NCBI GenBank assembly: GCA_963575745.1
Contig: CAUYUJ010000004.1
Coordinates: 248,001 to 312,000, forward strand
Source: Prorocentrum cordatum
Lineage: Eukaryota
Direction: 5' to 3'
Length of the DNA: 64,000 nt
In this document: positions 1-11,900 of the stretch, piece by piece
How the letters are laid out: every line of letters begins with the position of its first letter
Numbering within the stretch: the stretch's first letter is position 1
The notes under the pieces: generated by a model
Databases searched by the model: none
What the model was told of the DNA's origin: nothing
What the model saw: the letters and a program-made list of their open reading frames with translations, nothing else
Translations under genes and position numbers: made by a program

Positions 1-9
1 TCCTTCTGG

Positions 10-172
10 CTCGCACGAACCGTTCCCAGCACTGTGTCTACCACTGCCGATCTTGGCTCGTCCCTGCTCGCCGCACGAGCCGTTCCCAGCAATGTAGTTG
101 ATGACGTTGCCGATCTTGGCTGGCCCATGCTCGCCTGGTCTCTCGCACGGACCGCTCCCAGCGATCTGGCTG
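10..172. repeat. Degenerate ~60-70 bp tandem repeat (cgcacgaaccgttcccagc...gatcttggct), about 3 copies
   Basis: Motif recurs near 10, 72 and 143. Confidence 0.6.
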
Positions 173-379
173 AGGAGTCCTTGCTGCTCCTGCCTCTTGT
201 CAGTGATCAACGCCATGGGTGACTGCCACTGCTCGGCCTTTCCACACGCGCGAGCTGGTCCCAGCTCCGTCGCTGATGACGTCGCCACGCGCGGGCTCTC
301 GGGCGGTGTGTCGGTGGCCTGTGGGTGTTGCCCGCCAGCCGCAACCGCCTGGGAGCTTCCTGCGGGCCTTTTGGATGCC

Positions 380-680
380 TTTCGGATGCGTTTTGGAAGC
401 CTCCTTGGGCTGCTTGGGGGCGATTGAGGGCTTCCTGGGGGCCTCTTGGGCCATCTTAGGGCGTTCCTGGCCCGTCTGGCGCTGTCGGAAGCCGGTTTGT
501 ATGCCTCTCCGAACCGATTTGGGGCCCTTTTGGGGCGTTGAGGCCATATTGGGCGTCTTGGAGGCGTCTGGGGCCGTTTTGAGGACAGTTTTGGAGGCTT
601 CTTGGGGCGTCAAGGGGTCATCTTGGAGGCTTTTCTGGCAATTTGGTGGTCTCTTGGGCCGTCTTGGGCCGTCGGAAGGC
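380..680 (-). repeat. CCAAGA/TCTTGG-rich dispersed repeat
   Basis: Many tcttgggg/tcttggagg units; the same family occurs in the opposite orientation at 2650-3130. Confidence 0.6.
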
Positions 681-1575
681 CGAGACGCAGCGAATGCCAA
701 ATTCTAGACGCTCCGCGTAACCCAACCAGCTGGCAGGCCCAGGCTTGGCTACACCCCTACGCCTTTAAGCTGGTTGCGGCTGCAGCGTACCTCCGCAGCC
801 CTCGCCTGTTACCCGATGGCAGCAGTACTGACGCTTGGGCAGGCGTGTCCTATCATTGTGGTTCAGACTCGTGAGTGGTTTCGGATTCGCTGGCTGGCCG
901 GCCCCACCATGGGCAACGGTGTGGATCGTGGAGTGAGCATTCTGTAGGTTCCTGCCTCTTCTGCCCCTGTCTTAGCCGACATCGGTACGGCTGTGGTACC
1001 CGGTACTACCTGCCCGGGATAGGTCGGCCGCGCGGACTGGCGCCGACAGGGCGACTCTCCGCTGCCGAATGAGGGGCATTTTGCTTTTTGCACGTGCACT
1101 TGCATTCATTGCATGTTTTTACTGCAGGTGTGTTGCCTGTTGTAGTAATTAGCCTCGCCTGCCGGCCCAGCCAGTCGACGCCTTCCGCTCCGTGTCCGCC
1201 GCCACGGAGCCGCTAACCAAAAAAAGTAACCCAACCAGCAGAGAGTTTTCTGCTGCCGCTTCTGAGTGCTGGCCCGGCTGGCTCGCGTGGCGCTTAGTAG
1301 CTAATTAGGCTGGCCCGTGCCCCGGACCCCCTTTCGCCGCCTGCCCTCTGCTGCGCGGCCGCGACCAAAAAAGTAACCCAACCAGCCCATCCAGAGACGA
1401 TGCCCAGATGATTTGCCTCGATCAGGGAAGTGGGCAGCGCGCAGATGAAGGGTCCCTTTTGGAGCGCTCTTCGGACACTCTTAGGCGCTCTTGGGGTCGT
1501 TTTGGGGCTCTCTTGGGCCTCCTCCTCCTCCTCCTCCTCCTCCTCCTCCTCCTCCTCCCGCCCTCCATCCCCCAG

Positions 1576-1685
1576 GACCTGGTCAAGTACCAGGCCGCCG
1601 CGCCCGAGGACACCAAGGCTGGCCAGGCGAGCGCGGCGCCTGCGGCACCCGCGCCCGTCGCCAGCAGCAGCAAACGGGAGAACAG
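1576..1685 (+). CDS. Host gene exon A (DLVKYQAAAPEDTKAGQASAAPAAPAPVASSSKRENR), tandem Tudor / SPF30-like protein
   Basis: Preceded by a pyrimidine tract and ccccAG. Ends aacAG|GC in phase 2, which joins in frame to the exon at 16933. Upstream exons lie outside the window. Confidence 0.7.
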
Positions 1686-1762
1686 GCCGCCCCGCGACCC
1701 CGGCCGCGCGCGCCGTTCCACTCCGTGCGACTCGTGTACCTCCGCTCTTCTCCGCACCAGCC

Positions 1763-1767
1763 CGACG

Positions 1768-1847
<80 letters not shown>

Positions 1848-1848
1848 C

Positions 1849-1895
<47 letters not shown>

Positions 1896-2078
1896 CACGA
1901 CGACCACGACGACCAAGACCACGACGGCCACGACCACCACCACCACCACCGCCACCGCCACCACCACCGCCACCACCACCACCACCACCACCACCACCAC
2001 CACCACCACCACCACCACCACCACCACCACCACCACCACCACCACCACCACCACCACCACCACCACCACCACCACCAC
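1763..2078. repeat. (ACG/ACC)n compound microsatellite
   Basis: Directly visible. Confidence 0.95.
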
Positions 2079-2451
2079 CCCGCCCCACCCTGGCCCCACC
2101 CTGCTCCTCGGAGGAAAAAGCTGCACCGATGCCACCTTCCCCGGAAGCCCCCGTACCGCCACGTCTGGATTTCCCCCCGAGATCTCCTGCTCAGGGCAGC
2201 GGCCTCGGTGTTTTTGTTGCTCCCCGCCCCGTCCCGCCCACTCCGCGCCCCCTTGGCGGGACGCACGAAGACATACAGTGGAGGCCCATGCCAAGAAACA
2301 ACCTGCTTGCCTCCAGGGTTCCCTGCGTTTCTTGGGTTTCGATGGTTTTGCGATGGAGAGCGTGACGTTCCCACACCAAAAATCACTGGACGTCCTGGGG
2401 TCTCAGGGTTGGGTTTCTTGTGGAAGGTTTCTTGTGGACTGACCTCCACTG

Positions 2452-2600
2452 TACTAGTATGTTTTCCTTGGAGGCGCGCGTCCGACCCGAACATATAGTA
2501 TACCCATCTTGTAGCATATCATTTCCCGAGCGGTGTGGCCAGAAAACGCCGGCCACGACGCAAATGCTATAAGATTTCTCGGTGCGCCCGTCGCCCCTGG
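2452..2600 (+). repeat. Dispersed repeat, copy 1 (copy 2 at ~16405-16550)
   Basis: Both copies share ggcgcg.gtccgac.cgaa.atat...catcttgtag...tcatttcccgagcggtgtggccag...gatttctcggtgcgc. Confidence 0.85.
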
Positions 2601-2649
2601 GGGGGGGGGGCGACTTCTTCCGCTTCCCTGAGGCGTCCACCTAGGTTTT

Positions 2650-3130
2650 TGGGGACGGCAAGAAGCCGCCAAGACGGCTCAAGAGCGCTCCAAGCCGCCC
2701 AAGATGGCCCATGATCGGCCCAAGAGGCCCCCAAGAGGCCCCAAGGTCGCTCCGCAAGGACCTCCAAACGAGCCCCACGACGCCAAATTCATTGATTTTA
2801 ATTGTGTTTTCCCAAATGGTTTGCTTTCTGACGTTTTCGAGCGGCCGACACTCCAAGACTGCCCAAGAAGCCTCCAACGTCGCCCCAAGAGGCCCCCTAA
2901 GAGTCCCCCAAGACGGCCCAAGAGGGCCGCATGATCGGCCCAAGAGGCCTCCAAGACGGCCCAAGAGGGCCTGAAGAGGGCCTGAAGACGGCTCCAAGAT
3001 GGGCCCAAGAGAGGGAACGCGAACCGACTTTTCGAGCTTCCCGCCCCCACAGGCCCCCAGGAGGCCCCAAGAGGCCCCCAAGTGGCTGTAAGAGGCTCCA
3101 AAGAGGCCCCAACGATGCCTAAGAGAGGTC
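2650..3130 (+). repeat. GGCCCAAGA-rich dispersed repeat
   Basis: Numerous ccaagacggc/ccaagaggcc units. Confidence 0.7.
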
Positions 3131-5509
3131 CGACAAGCTCCACAACGCCCCCGTGGAGGCTTCAAACCTGCTTCCAACAGGCCCCCCGAGAGGCATCCCA
3201 CGATATCATCCCAGCGAACATCCGAGAAGCTTCTAACCCACAACCCAGACACGGTGGCGGGATGGGCCGAAGGCACCACGTGGCGCTGTCTGGCTTCCGC
3301 CGCCTGCCCCTTCTTCGAGGCGGAGGAGACGGAGGGTGAGGAGGAGGAGAAGAGGAGAAGGAGGAGGGAGAGGATTTGCATTAGGAAGGGGAGGAGGAAT
3401 CTGTGCGGGGACGGGGATGCCGAGCATCACCCGTCAGACGCGAGGGGCAGGACGGCGGATGGATGAGGGCGATTTGAATGAAGACAAGTGGAGGAGGGAG
3501 GCAGTGGCCGCGGGCGGTCGGAAGGGGAAAGAGGGGGGAGGCCCAGGATCATGTCACTGTCGACGAGGAGAAGGAGGAGAGAGGAGGGAGGAGGAAGAGG
3601 AGGAGGAGAAGGAGGAGGAGGAGGAGGAGGAGGAGGAGGAGGAGGGAGGAGGACAATGCGGAGTCAGAGAGGGAGGCGGATCAGACTCAGGACACTTGAA
3701 CGGTGATCACGAGGATTATCCGTAGAAGAAAGCATGCCAGAAACGAGGAGGAGGGGGAAGGAAGCCCTCACACCAGGAAGGGCACCGCGAATTAGCAACA
3801 GGCTGGGGGTGCCGAGGATCATCCGTAGGAGGGGCACCGAGAATCCACATTGACGTTGCTTCCGTCAAGCAACTTGCTTGGTGATGTGCCTGGTGCCGTG
3901 CCGTGGGCTGTGCAGCGTGCCGTGCCGAGTACCGTGCTGGTTGCCGCGCTGCCCGTCGGACGAGGAGAGTGGGAAGACCGAGTCAAAAAGGCAAGGAGGG
4001 AGGAGGACAAAGGAGGATAGAAGGCCCAGGACAACTTCACCGTCGAGCATGGCATCATGATGATAATGCAATGCGAGCGTACATTCAGTCCCCTCATGTT
4101 GGGGTTGCGCCGGGTGCCCCGTCTTCTTTTTTCTTCAATGGGCTTAGGGCACCAGGAACCCACAGGGAGCGTTGCCTGGTGACCCCGGGGGGTCGTGCTT
4201 TCCCCTTGGGCAGCCCCTCCGAGCCTGGGAACCGACGCCAGGTGAGGCGGGGGTGCTGAGTGGGGCACGGTCGCAGAGCGTTTAGAGGCTCCTGTTCGTC
4301 TTCCCCACCCCCAGCAGCAGGTTCGACGAACGCTGCGAAACGGCAAGCATCGATTGGACGGGTTGTGGGGGGACGCACGGGGCGGGCGCATTGCCGGTGG
4401 GAGACGGCCGCATCGGGCGCTCTGCGTTCGTGGGGGGGGGAGCTGCGTTTCGGTTTTGGCCCCCCTTGTTCATTCCTCCTCGATTGCTCGATGCGGGTCC
4501 CAACAGGGCCCCACGACAGCCCAGGTTGGACCCAATCCAGTCCCAATCTGATTTCAAAAAGGCGCACTCAGCCAGCCTAGAAGCGCCCAAGATGCCCTAT
4601 AACGGCCCCAAGCGTTCCATCAACCATGCGCTTCAAGGGCGCAAAAGAGCCCAATGACAGTTTAAACCTCTTTCTTGGGGGGCTCTCTAAGACTCGAGAG
4701 GCTTTCCCGACAGCCGCAGAGACGGGATGTTCCTGGAGGCTTATCCGGGAACAGCTGGCCGACGACGACGACGATGTTGATGCTCACTATTGTGATGACG
4801 GGGAGGATGACGGGGAGACCGATGACGGTGACGACGTGCACGATTAGCGTAGTGGCTTTAATGATGACGACGGGGGTGGGTAACTGTGATGTTGATGATG
4901 ATTGCGGGGACGACGAGGACACGCCATTGTGACGCGACAACATGGCTAGCAGCACTTACCCAAGGATGCCCCCCATGACGACGATGATGTTGATGATGGT
5001 GATGACTGTGATTGAGGTTATTGTATATCTGATTGACGTGATAAATATCATAAAGGGGAGAGGATGAGGATGGCGAAGACAAGAATGATGATGAGGACGA
5101 TGAAAATGGATGCGACCATGGCGCGCGCTTGTGCATGATAGCGCTGTCCAAATATACTTCCAGCAACTCCTGCCCCGCGCTCGACTGTGAGCGAGCGCGA
5201 AGCGCACGATCTCTCACCCTCTCTTTCTGTATGTATAGTTACATGTGTATGTGCACGCGTATGTGTATACTTATATGTGTGTCGTGTAAACGTATGCACA
5301 TATACACATAAGCACATGCATGCATGCACGCATGCATGCGTACATATATATATATACACACATATATAGATACTGATAGTTCGGAGGTGAGGGGGTGAGA
5401 TCGAAGTGGAACGGAGAGCCCCCCTACCGGGAAATCGATTTCGGTTTCGTGTTCGTGCGTGCCGTGCGTGCGGGCGAGGCGAAGCTGCGTGGGCGGGCGA
5501 GAAGAAAGT

Positions 5510-5747
5510 CTCCTGTGGCTGAGGCGCGGCCGGACCAAATGTCTCCCTTCGGGCGGCCAGTGGCCCGCGGTGTCCCGCCGGTGTCCCGCTGGTGTCCCGT
5601 GTGGCTGAGGCGCGGCCGGACCAAGTGTCTCCCTTCCGGGCGGCCGGTGGCCCGCGGTGTCCCGCCGGTGTCCCGCGGTGTCCCGCGCTGTCCCGCGGTG
5701 CCCCGCGGTGTCCCGCCGGTGTCCCGCGGTGTCCCGCGGTGTCCCGC

Positions 5748-5814
<67 letters not shown>

Positions 5815-6120
5815 GGATGATGACGATGATGATGATGATGATGATGATGATGGTGATGCTGATGATGATGCTGCTGATGATGATGATGCACATGTTGATG
5901 CTGATGATGATGATGGTGATGTTGATGATGATGATGCTGATGATGATGAGGACGATGATGATGATGGTGGTGATGATGATGATCGAGTGAGATCGAGTGT
6001 GCGATAGATCGAGTGAGATCGACTAGGATCGAGTGTGAGATCGATCGAGGGAGATCGATCGAGCGAGACCGACACTGAGATCGATAGTGAGATCGATAGT
6101 GAGACCGATCGAGTGAGACG
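5510..6120. repeat. Compound tandem repeats: ~10-11 bp GGTGTCCCGC units, (GAT)n, then GATCGAGTGA units
   Basis: Directly visible. Confidence 0.9.
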
Positions 6121-8035
6121 TTGGTTCCTCCCCCCCGAACCTCCTTATCACCCGAAGGGTGGTCGTATAGGTATATATGTAGGTTTGTTGTTCGGATATC
6201 TAGGGCCAGCGCCCTGTTTCGGAGGTTGCCTGGAACTTAAGTGAGTTTCGGATATGATCTAGAGGGTGAGTTTAAGAATAGAGAAAGACCAGAGGTGATT
6301 CAGAGCTCTGTCTGTAGTCCATCGTGGTTCAAAAGATAGAAAGATGGTGGGGGAGCTGGACTAGTTCCAGCTCCCAGTCCCGCCACTCCCACACCCGCGC
6401 GCCAGCGCGCGCGAGATCCGCCGTTGGCGGCACGACAGATCGAGCCGACGGAGTTCGAGACCACGAGCTCCGCGACGGACACCCACGAACGCTGGACTCA
6501 AGTGGGCGTTGAGGACGAATGGCAACGGACAGTGCTGAAGTTGATTCGGTTCAGCCGACTGAAGGGATACTGGCACGAGTTCGGGCAGTATTTGAACTAC
6601 GTGAAGAACCACAGGGGAGCCGAGCGGTTCGGTCTCCGAGATGGCGCTCGACCAAGAGACATTCAACGAGATGCGCGACGCAGTGCAAAAGGCTCGACAG
6701 GACATACACGATCTACGGCAACAGAACGCCGCGCTCCAGCGACAAGCAGACCAGGCTGGAAAGCCTCAGATCATCAGGCGGCTCGGCGAGGTGCTCGAGA
6801 GAGTCGCAGAACGGCCGCCGCCGGCGGCGGCCCAGCTGATTCAAGCGAAGGATATCGGGAAGCCACAGGCCTTCAAGAATGAAGAGTCGAAGTTCAGTGA
6901 GTGGCTCCAGAAGCTCAATAGCTACGTGCTCAGCGTCTTCGGCGTGAACTTCCGGCCGGTGATCGAGTGGGCAGTCGACCATGCGAACGACACGGTCACG
7001 CTCATCACGGCCGCTGCGATGGAGCAGTTCGTGAATGAGGCCGAGGACGGCGAGGCAGTCGACAACGTGGACGAGAAGCTGTCGCAGCTCTACGCGGTGT
7101 TCGTCTCGCCCACGGAGGGCGAGTCCTTCGACCTGGTGGTCAGCGCAGGCCAAGGCAATGGAGCTGAGGCCCTACGATTGCTGGTACGACGCTGGGATCC
7201 TACCAGCGGCGGTCGCCGCCGCGTGCTACTCAAGAAAATCATGGCGCCGACCAGGGCCGCAAAGCTCGAGAACTTGGCCGCAGAGGTTGTGAAGTGGGAA
7301 GAGCTGGTCAGGCGCTGCGAGAGGCGCAGAGCCGATGGTCGAGACGCACACCTAGACGACGAAATCAAGATGAGTGCGCTCGAGAGCCTTGTGCCGCAGG
7401 ACGTCGAGATGCACCTTGCCCTCGACCGCACCAGACGGACGCGAGAGGAGGTCAGGAGCTTCCTGGAGACGACAAGCTCAAGGAGCCCTTGGTCGGTCGA
7501 GAGGCGACCCGATGGAGGTCGACGCGTTCGTCAGGAGAGGCGACGGCAAGGGCAAGCACGGCAAGGGCAAGGGCAAATATGGCAAGGGCGAGAACGGCAG
7601 CGGAAAAGGGGAGACGGACAACTCGAACGTGATCTGCTGGAACTGCCGAAAGAAGGGCCATCGGGCACAAGATTGCCGGAAGCCCACCGAGAGAGGAAGT
7701 AAAGATGACAAAGGCAAGGGCAAAGGATACGGCAAGGATCCGAAGGGTCAGCGTTTCCAACAGCAAGGCGTTCGCCGAGGCTACCTCAACAACTTCGAGG
7801 GCGACGCGCAGAGCACGATCAGCGCGCAGCTGCCGACAGGGGCCTCGCAGGCCGGCGTATGCAACCAGTCGCCCGCCGCGCTCAGCTTCGACGCCTTCGG
7901 GCGCGTGCTGGAGCTGAACAGCGTGGGGGCAAAGGGTGAGAAGCAGTGCGCGAAGTGCATTGCGATGACGTTCGACACCGGCGCCGCTGCCACGGCCTTC
8001 CCGCTCGAGCAGGAGGGCGAGTGCACCGAGGCCGA
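6120..8035 (+). mobile_element. 3'-truncated LTR retrotransposon (probable LTR/leader, gag, CCHC knuckle, aspartic protease)
   Basis: Gag-like ORF 6641-~7490, frameshifted into GDPMEVD, KG-rich tract, CWNCRKKGHRAQDC and TFDTGAAATAFP. 5' boundary approximate. Confidence 0.8.
6641..8035 (+). pseudogene. gag-protease fragment with frameshift near 7490
   Basis: ORFs 6641..7702 and 7374..8360 overlap; CCHC at ~7635-7676; DTG at ~7974. Confidence 0.8.
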
Positions 8036-8934
8036 CCGAAGACGGTCTTGCCTTGGCTGCTGGCCGCCACCAAGCTTGGTGCGCTCGAACAAGTCGTGCT
8101 CGAAGGTCCTCTTCCGCTTGGTCTTGATCAGCTGGTACTGTCTCGTACTCGTCGTCCAGCCTCTGACGCATTGGCATCGCGTCGTTATCGTGTACCACTT
8201 CCGATCGTCGCTTCCTGCTGTCCGCTGGCTTCGTCAGCTCCACGTTGCCCTGAGCAGGTGCTGCTGGTGCCGTCGTCGGTGCGCTCGAGGGTGCATCGCC
8301 TTGTCCTCCTGCTGGCTGTGGTGGAACATCGCCCTGTCCAGGGTGCTGCTGATGTCCTAGATCTCGGTGATCTTGATGTTGATCTGGCTGCTGATCTGGC
8401 TGTTGATCGGGCTGCTGGTCTGGCTGTTGATCATCTCGTGCTGGGTTATACTACTGACCTCGAAGATCCAGAAAACCACGCTGACCAGCTCTTCCACGTG
8501 CAGGTCCGTCATCTGAAAACAGGTCGGTAAACTGCATGGTGTTCACCTCGTGCTCAGTCGCCCTTCGAAGGAGACTGGGTGATCTCAGGATCGGGATTCT
8601 GTTATGGATCAGCCAGTGACCGTGCTCATCCTTGCCCAGGCACCGGGCAGGTCCATGCCATCGTGCATGAAGGTTGCGCTTTAGGTCATCAGACCGCCAA
8701 AGCATCAATAAATCACCTTGCTGAAATGGCCCTGGCTGGGGCCTCGTCCTCGCCAGAACTGTCCGTCTCAATGCTGATGAGTTTGCTGCCTTGAAAAAAG
8801 GATTGCGAACAGATTTGTTGAAGGTGTAGTCGGTTCCAGAATGAAGTGTTCTCGGCCACTCGTGAAACCGCTGCTGGGTCGTTGTCGGGATTCGCCAAAC
8901 TTGCAGGCAGTCGGTGTCCAGCTCCAAGTGCCCA

Positions 8935-11900
8935 TTACTGTGGTGAAAAGCCTGCCGCGCTGACAAGTTGATTGCACGCGTTGGCCATGCCGCGTACTGC
9001 TGCTGCAACCGAATCTTGACCACGAACGTCCCCAGCGTTGAAGACACTCGTCGCCATCTCCTTCAGGTGTCGTATATTCCTTTCGACTTTGCCCATTTGC
9101 CAGTGGGCCTCTGGAGCCGCGCTGTTGATCACAATGCCCAGGTCGTTGCGCAGTGTCTCGAACTCGCCCATAAAGGTAGAGCCCTGGTCCTGCTCCACGA
9201 TGCGTGGTGGCCTGGCCCAGGAAAGCCGTCCGAGTTCGAAAGCCTTATTTGCTAACTCTGCCGCAGGTCTCGATCCGGGACACGTGTAGATCGCCACGGC
9301 GAAGTCCGAGGCCACGTCCACGATCACAAGCACCACGTGCATGTTCTTGTCCAGGTCGGGTATGATCATGAAGTCCATGCTGAGGGCTTCGTTAAAGTCC
9401 TTAACCTTAGGCTGAGCTGCCGCAGGTCTCGCTGCCGTCCGAGCTTGCTCTTCACATGTCGTGCATCTGAAGAGACGTGCTGCTTGTGCCGCTCGTCGGC
9501 TAGCTCCACCATGCTGTAGATACCGTACCAGTGACTCCTTGTAGGGTCCATGTGAATGGCTCTCGTGCATCTTCTTGATAGCTGCTCGCATGAGCGGTGG
9601 CACCGCCGTCCATTCCGACATCCCGATGTCCTCGCCATGCTTGCTGAAGATCGCCGCCGCGCTAGCGTGCATTGGCGCCTCCGTCTCCGCAGGGTTTGCC
9701 CCGAACTCGTCACAGTTGATGTCGTCGAAGTTGTTGGCGTACCGGGCGTAGCCACCATGCTGCTTCTCGAGGTCCCGCTGATCCTCGATGCCGTCCAAGA
9801 TCGTCTTGGCCAGCCCCTTGGTCCAGTTCCCAAGGCTCGATGCTGTTCCCTTCGGCCTGTTGATCACGCTCGTGTGCACGTGCTGCTCGTCACACCTAAT
9901 GTTGTTGAGCTTCTTGCCGAGCATGATGGCCGTCGTCAGGAACCTCGTCGGCTTCTTGACCGGATCGCCCACGAAGTCCACCAGTTTGCTGCCCTCGGCG
10001 CGCTGGTGCATCATCGCGCTTACGAACTCTGAGCTCAGCCATGGCATAAGCTGCCAGGCTCTTGACGTCAATGGGTTCTCCAGTAGCCTATGAGCTCCTC
10101 GGCGCTTGCAGTTGAACCAGATCTTCTTGACAAGCTGCAAGCGCTTCATGCCGATCGCCAACTTGCGCATCTTCGTGTCCCTCGGGAACATGTGGGATAT
10201 GTTCGTGAACGGGTCGCAGGGGAAACCCACAATGGTCATGTAGGGGTCATCCTCGTCCAGCTGCTTCAGGACGGTCTTCTGCGACTTCGCGTCCAGCAGG
10301 TCGTCCCCAATCAGGATGTCCCTCGGCCTCGTCACTGGATGCCGCCGCTGCTGAGCTTCTGATGTGGCTGCCATGCCACCTGCGTAGAGCTCGCAGATGA
10401 TGGGCCGCTTCTCCTCCGGGTCCGCCTTCAGCGTGTCCACGATCTGCTGGCACTGGTCCAGCTTGTCCTGAATCTCCTTCTCCCACGTCTCGATCTGCTT
10501 CCTCTGCTTCCGCCGTAGGATGCCCTTATCGATCTCCTGGACCTCCGCATTCCAGATGTCGATCTCGTCGGACGTGACTGATGGCTCGATCTTTGTCGTC
10601 TCCTTCTTCGGCCACTCCTTGAGCGAGATCGTCAGGTGTCCCTTCTCCGTCTTGTTGAGAGGCACTCCGTACTTGTTGATCGCCTTGAAGTCCGCCTTCT
10701 GATCCTTGATGTATATCACTGTGTCGAGCTCCTCCAGCTGGTGGATGCTCAGCAGTATTGGCGTCTTTGACTTCGGCAACCTCTGGAAGCGTAGGTTCAC
10801 GTCAGCTCCAGCAAGTCCAGCCGTCACCTCTTGTTCTCCTTCTGCCATGACCGGGGCGCTATCATTCACGCCTCGGAAGCGCATGGATGATCCTCTCATC
10901 CGCGTGGTGACTCTGCCGTCCTCTGTGTAGCCGTCCAGTGATATTGAACCTCCACATCCACGTCGGCACGCAGTGTCCAGTACAGCATGTCCATCTGGAA
11001 TAGGTCCTTTTCGTACTGCGTAGGCTTCAATTTCCTCCAGCTCCTCGCAAGGCTGCTGCCGCCCAATTCCCTCTGGAGCGTAGTTGGTTCCAGCTCGGCG
11101 TTGCGCCCGCAACCATGTCGGTCGTACTCCAACCGGTAGGCGCTCGCAAGTGCTCCTTACGATGTCACGAAGCTCCGAGGTCCTGTCCCAGGTTGCTTGG
11201 CATAGATCGTAGGCCATATTCCTGAGACCGTTCGGTGCCATCTCCATGGTGATGTGCATGAGCTGCTGGAAGCGATGTAGGGCCCAATCCAAACAGAAAT
11301 CCATATAGTCTCTGTAGGCCGCTTCCATGTTCTCGCAGCTTACCCATAGTGCTGCGATCTGCTCTGCACGCTCTCGTATCTTCTGTAGGTCGGTCTCCGT
11401 GTTGTCATCTTCCAGATAGTCTGTACTTGGTCTGCTGGGATCCGTCCTCGACCACGTCCCTGGTGTCGGTCTACTCGTTGAGCTCACTGGAGTGCTCAGG
11501 GGTTCGTCAGATTCTTGTGTTTGATGCTCTCCAGGTACTGGGTATGGTTCGTGTGCCTGGTCGATCCTCTCTTGGAAGTTCGGCTGGCCTCCTGCTGCTG
11601 ATACCGCGTAGGTGTTCACGATCTGCTCTTCGGTGTTGATTCTCACCTTCGTCAGACTCGTGATCTCCTCCATCGCCACGTCTATGCTTGCCAGCTGGTC
11701 GCTGACAATATGTATGGCGGTCATGTCCATCGAGCTGTCCGCCATCAGCAGCTTGACTGCGGTCGCCATTGCGAATCCAGCTCGTCGTAGAAAACCTCCA
11801 GGTCGTCCGTGAAAGCCTCGTCCTCCACGTCCGCCTCCTCGTCCTCCACGTTGTAGCGTACTGGATCCACTCGCTGGTGACCTCGTCTTTTCGCACTCGG

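Noticed and set aside
1294..2498. Long overlapping ORFs (poly-T/H/P/G/V)
   Set aside because: Produced by the (ACC/ACG)n microsatellite; only 1576-1685 is a credible exon.
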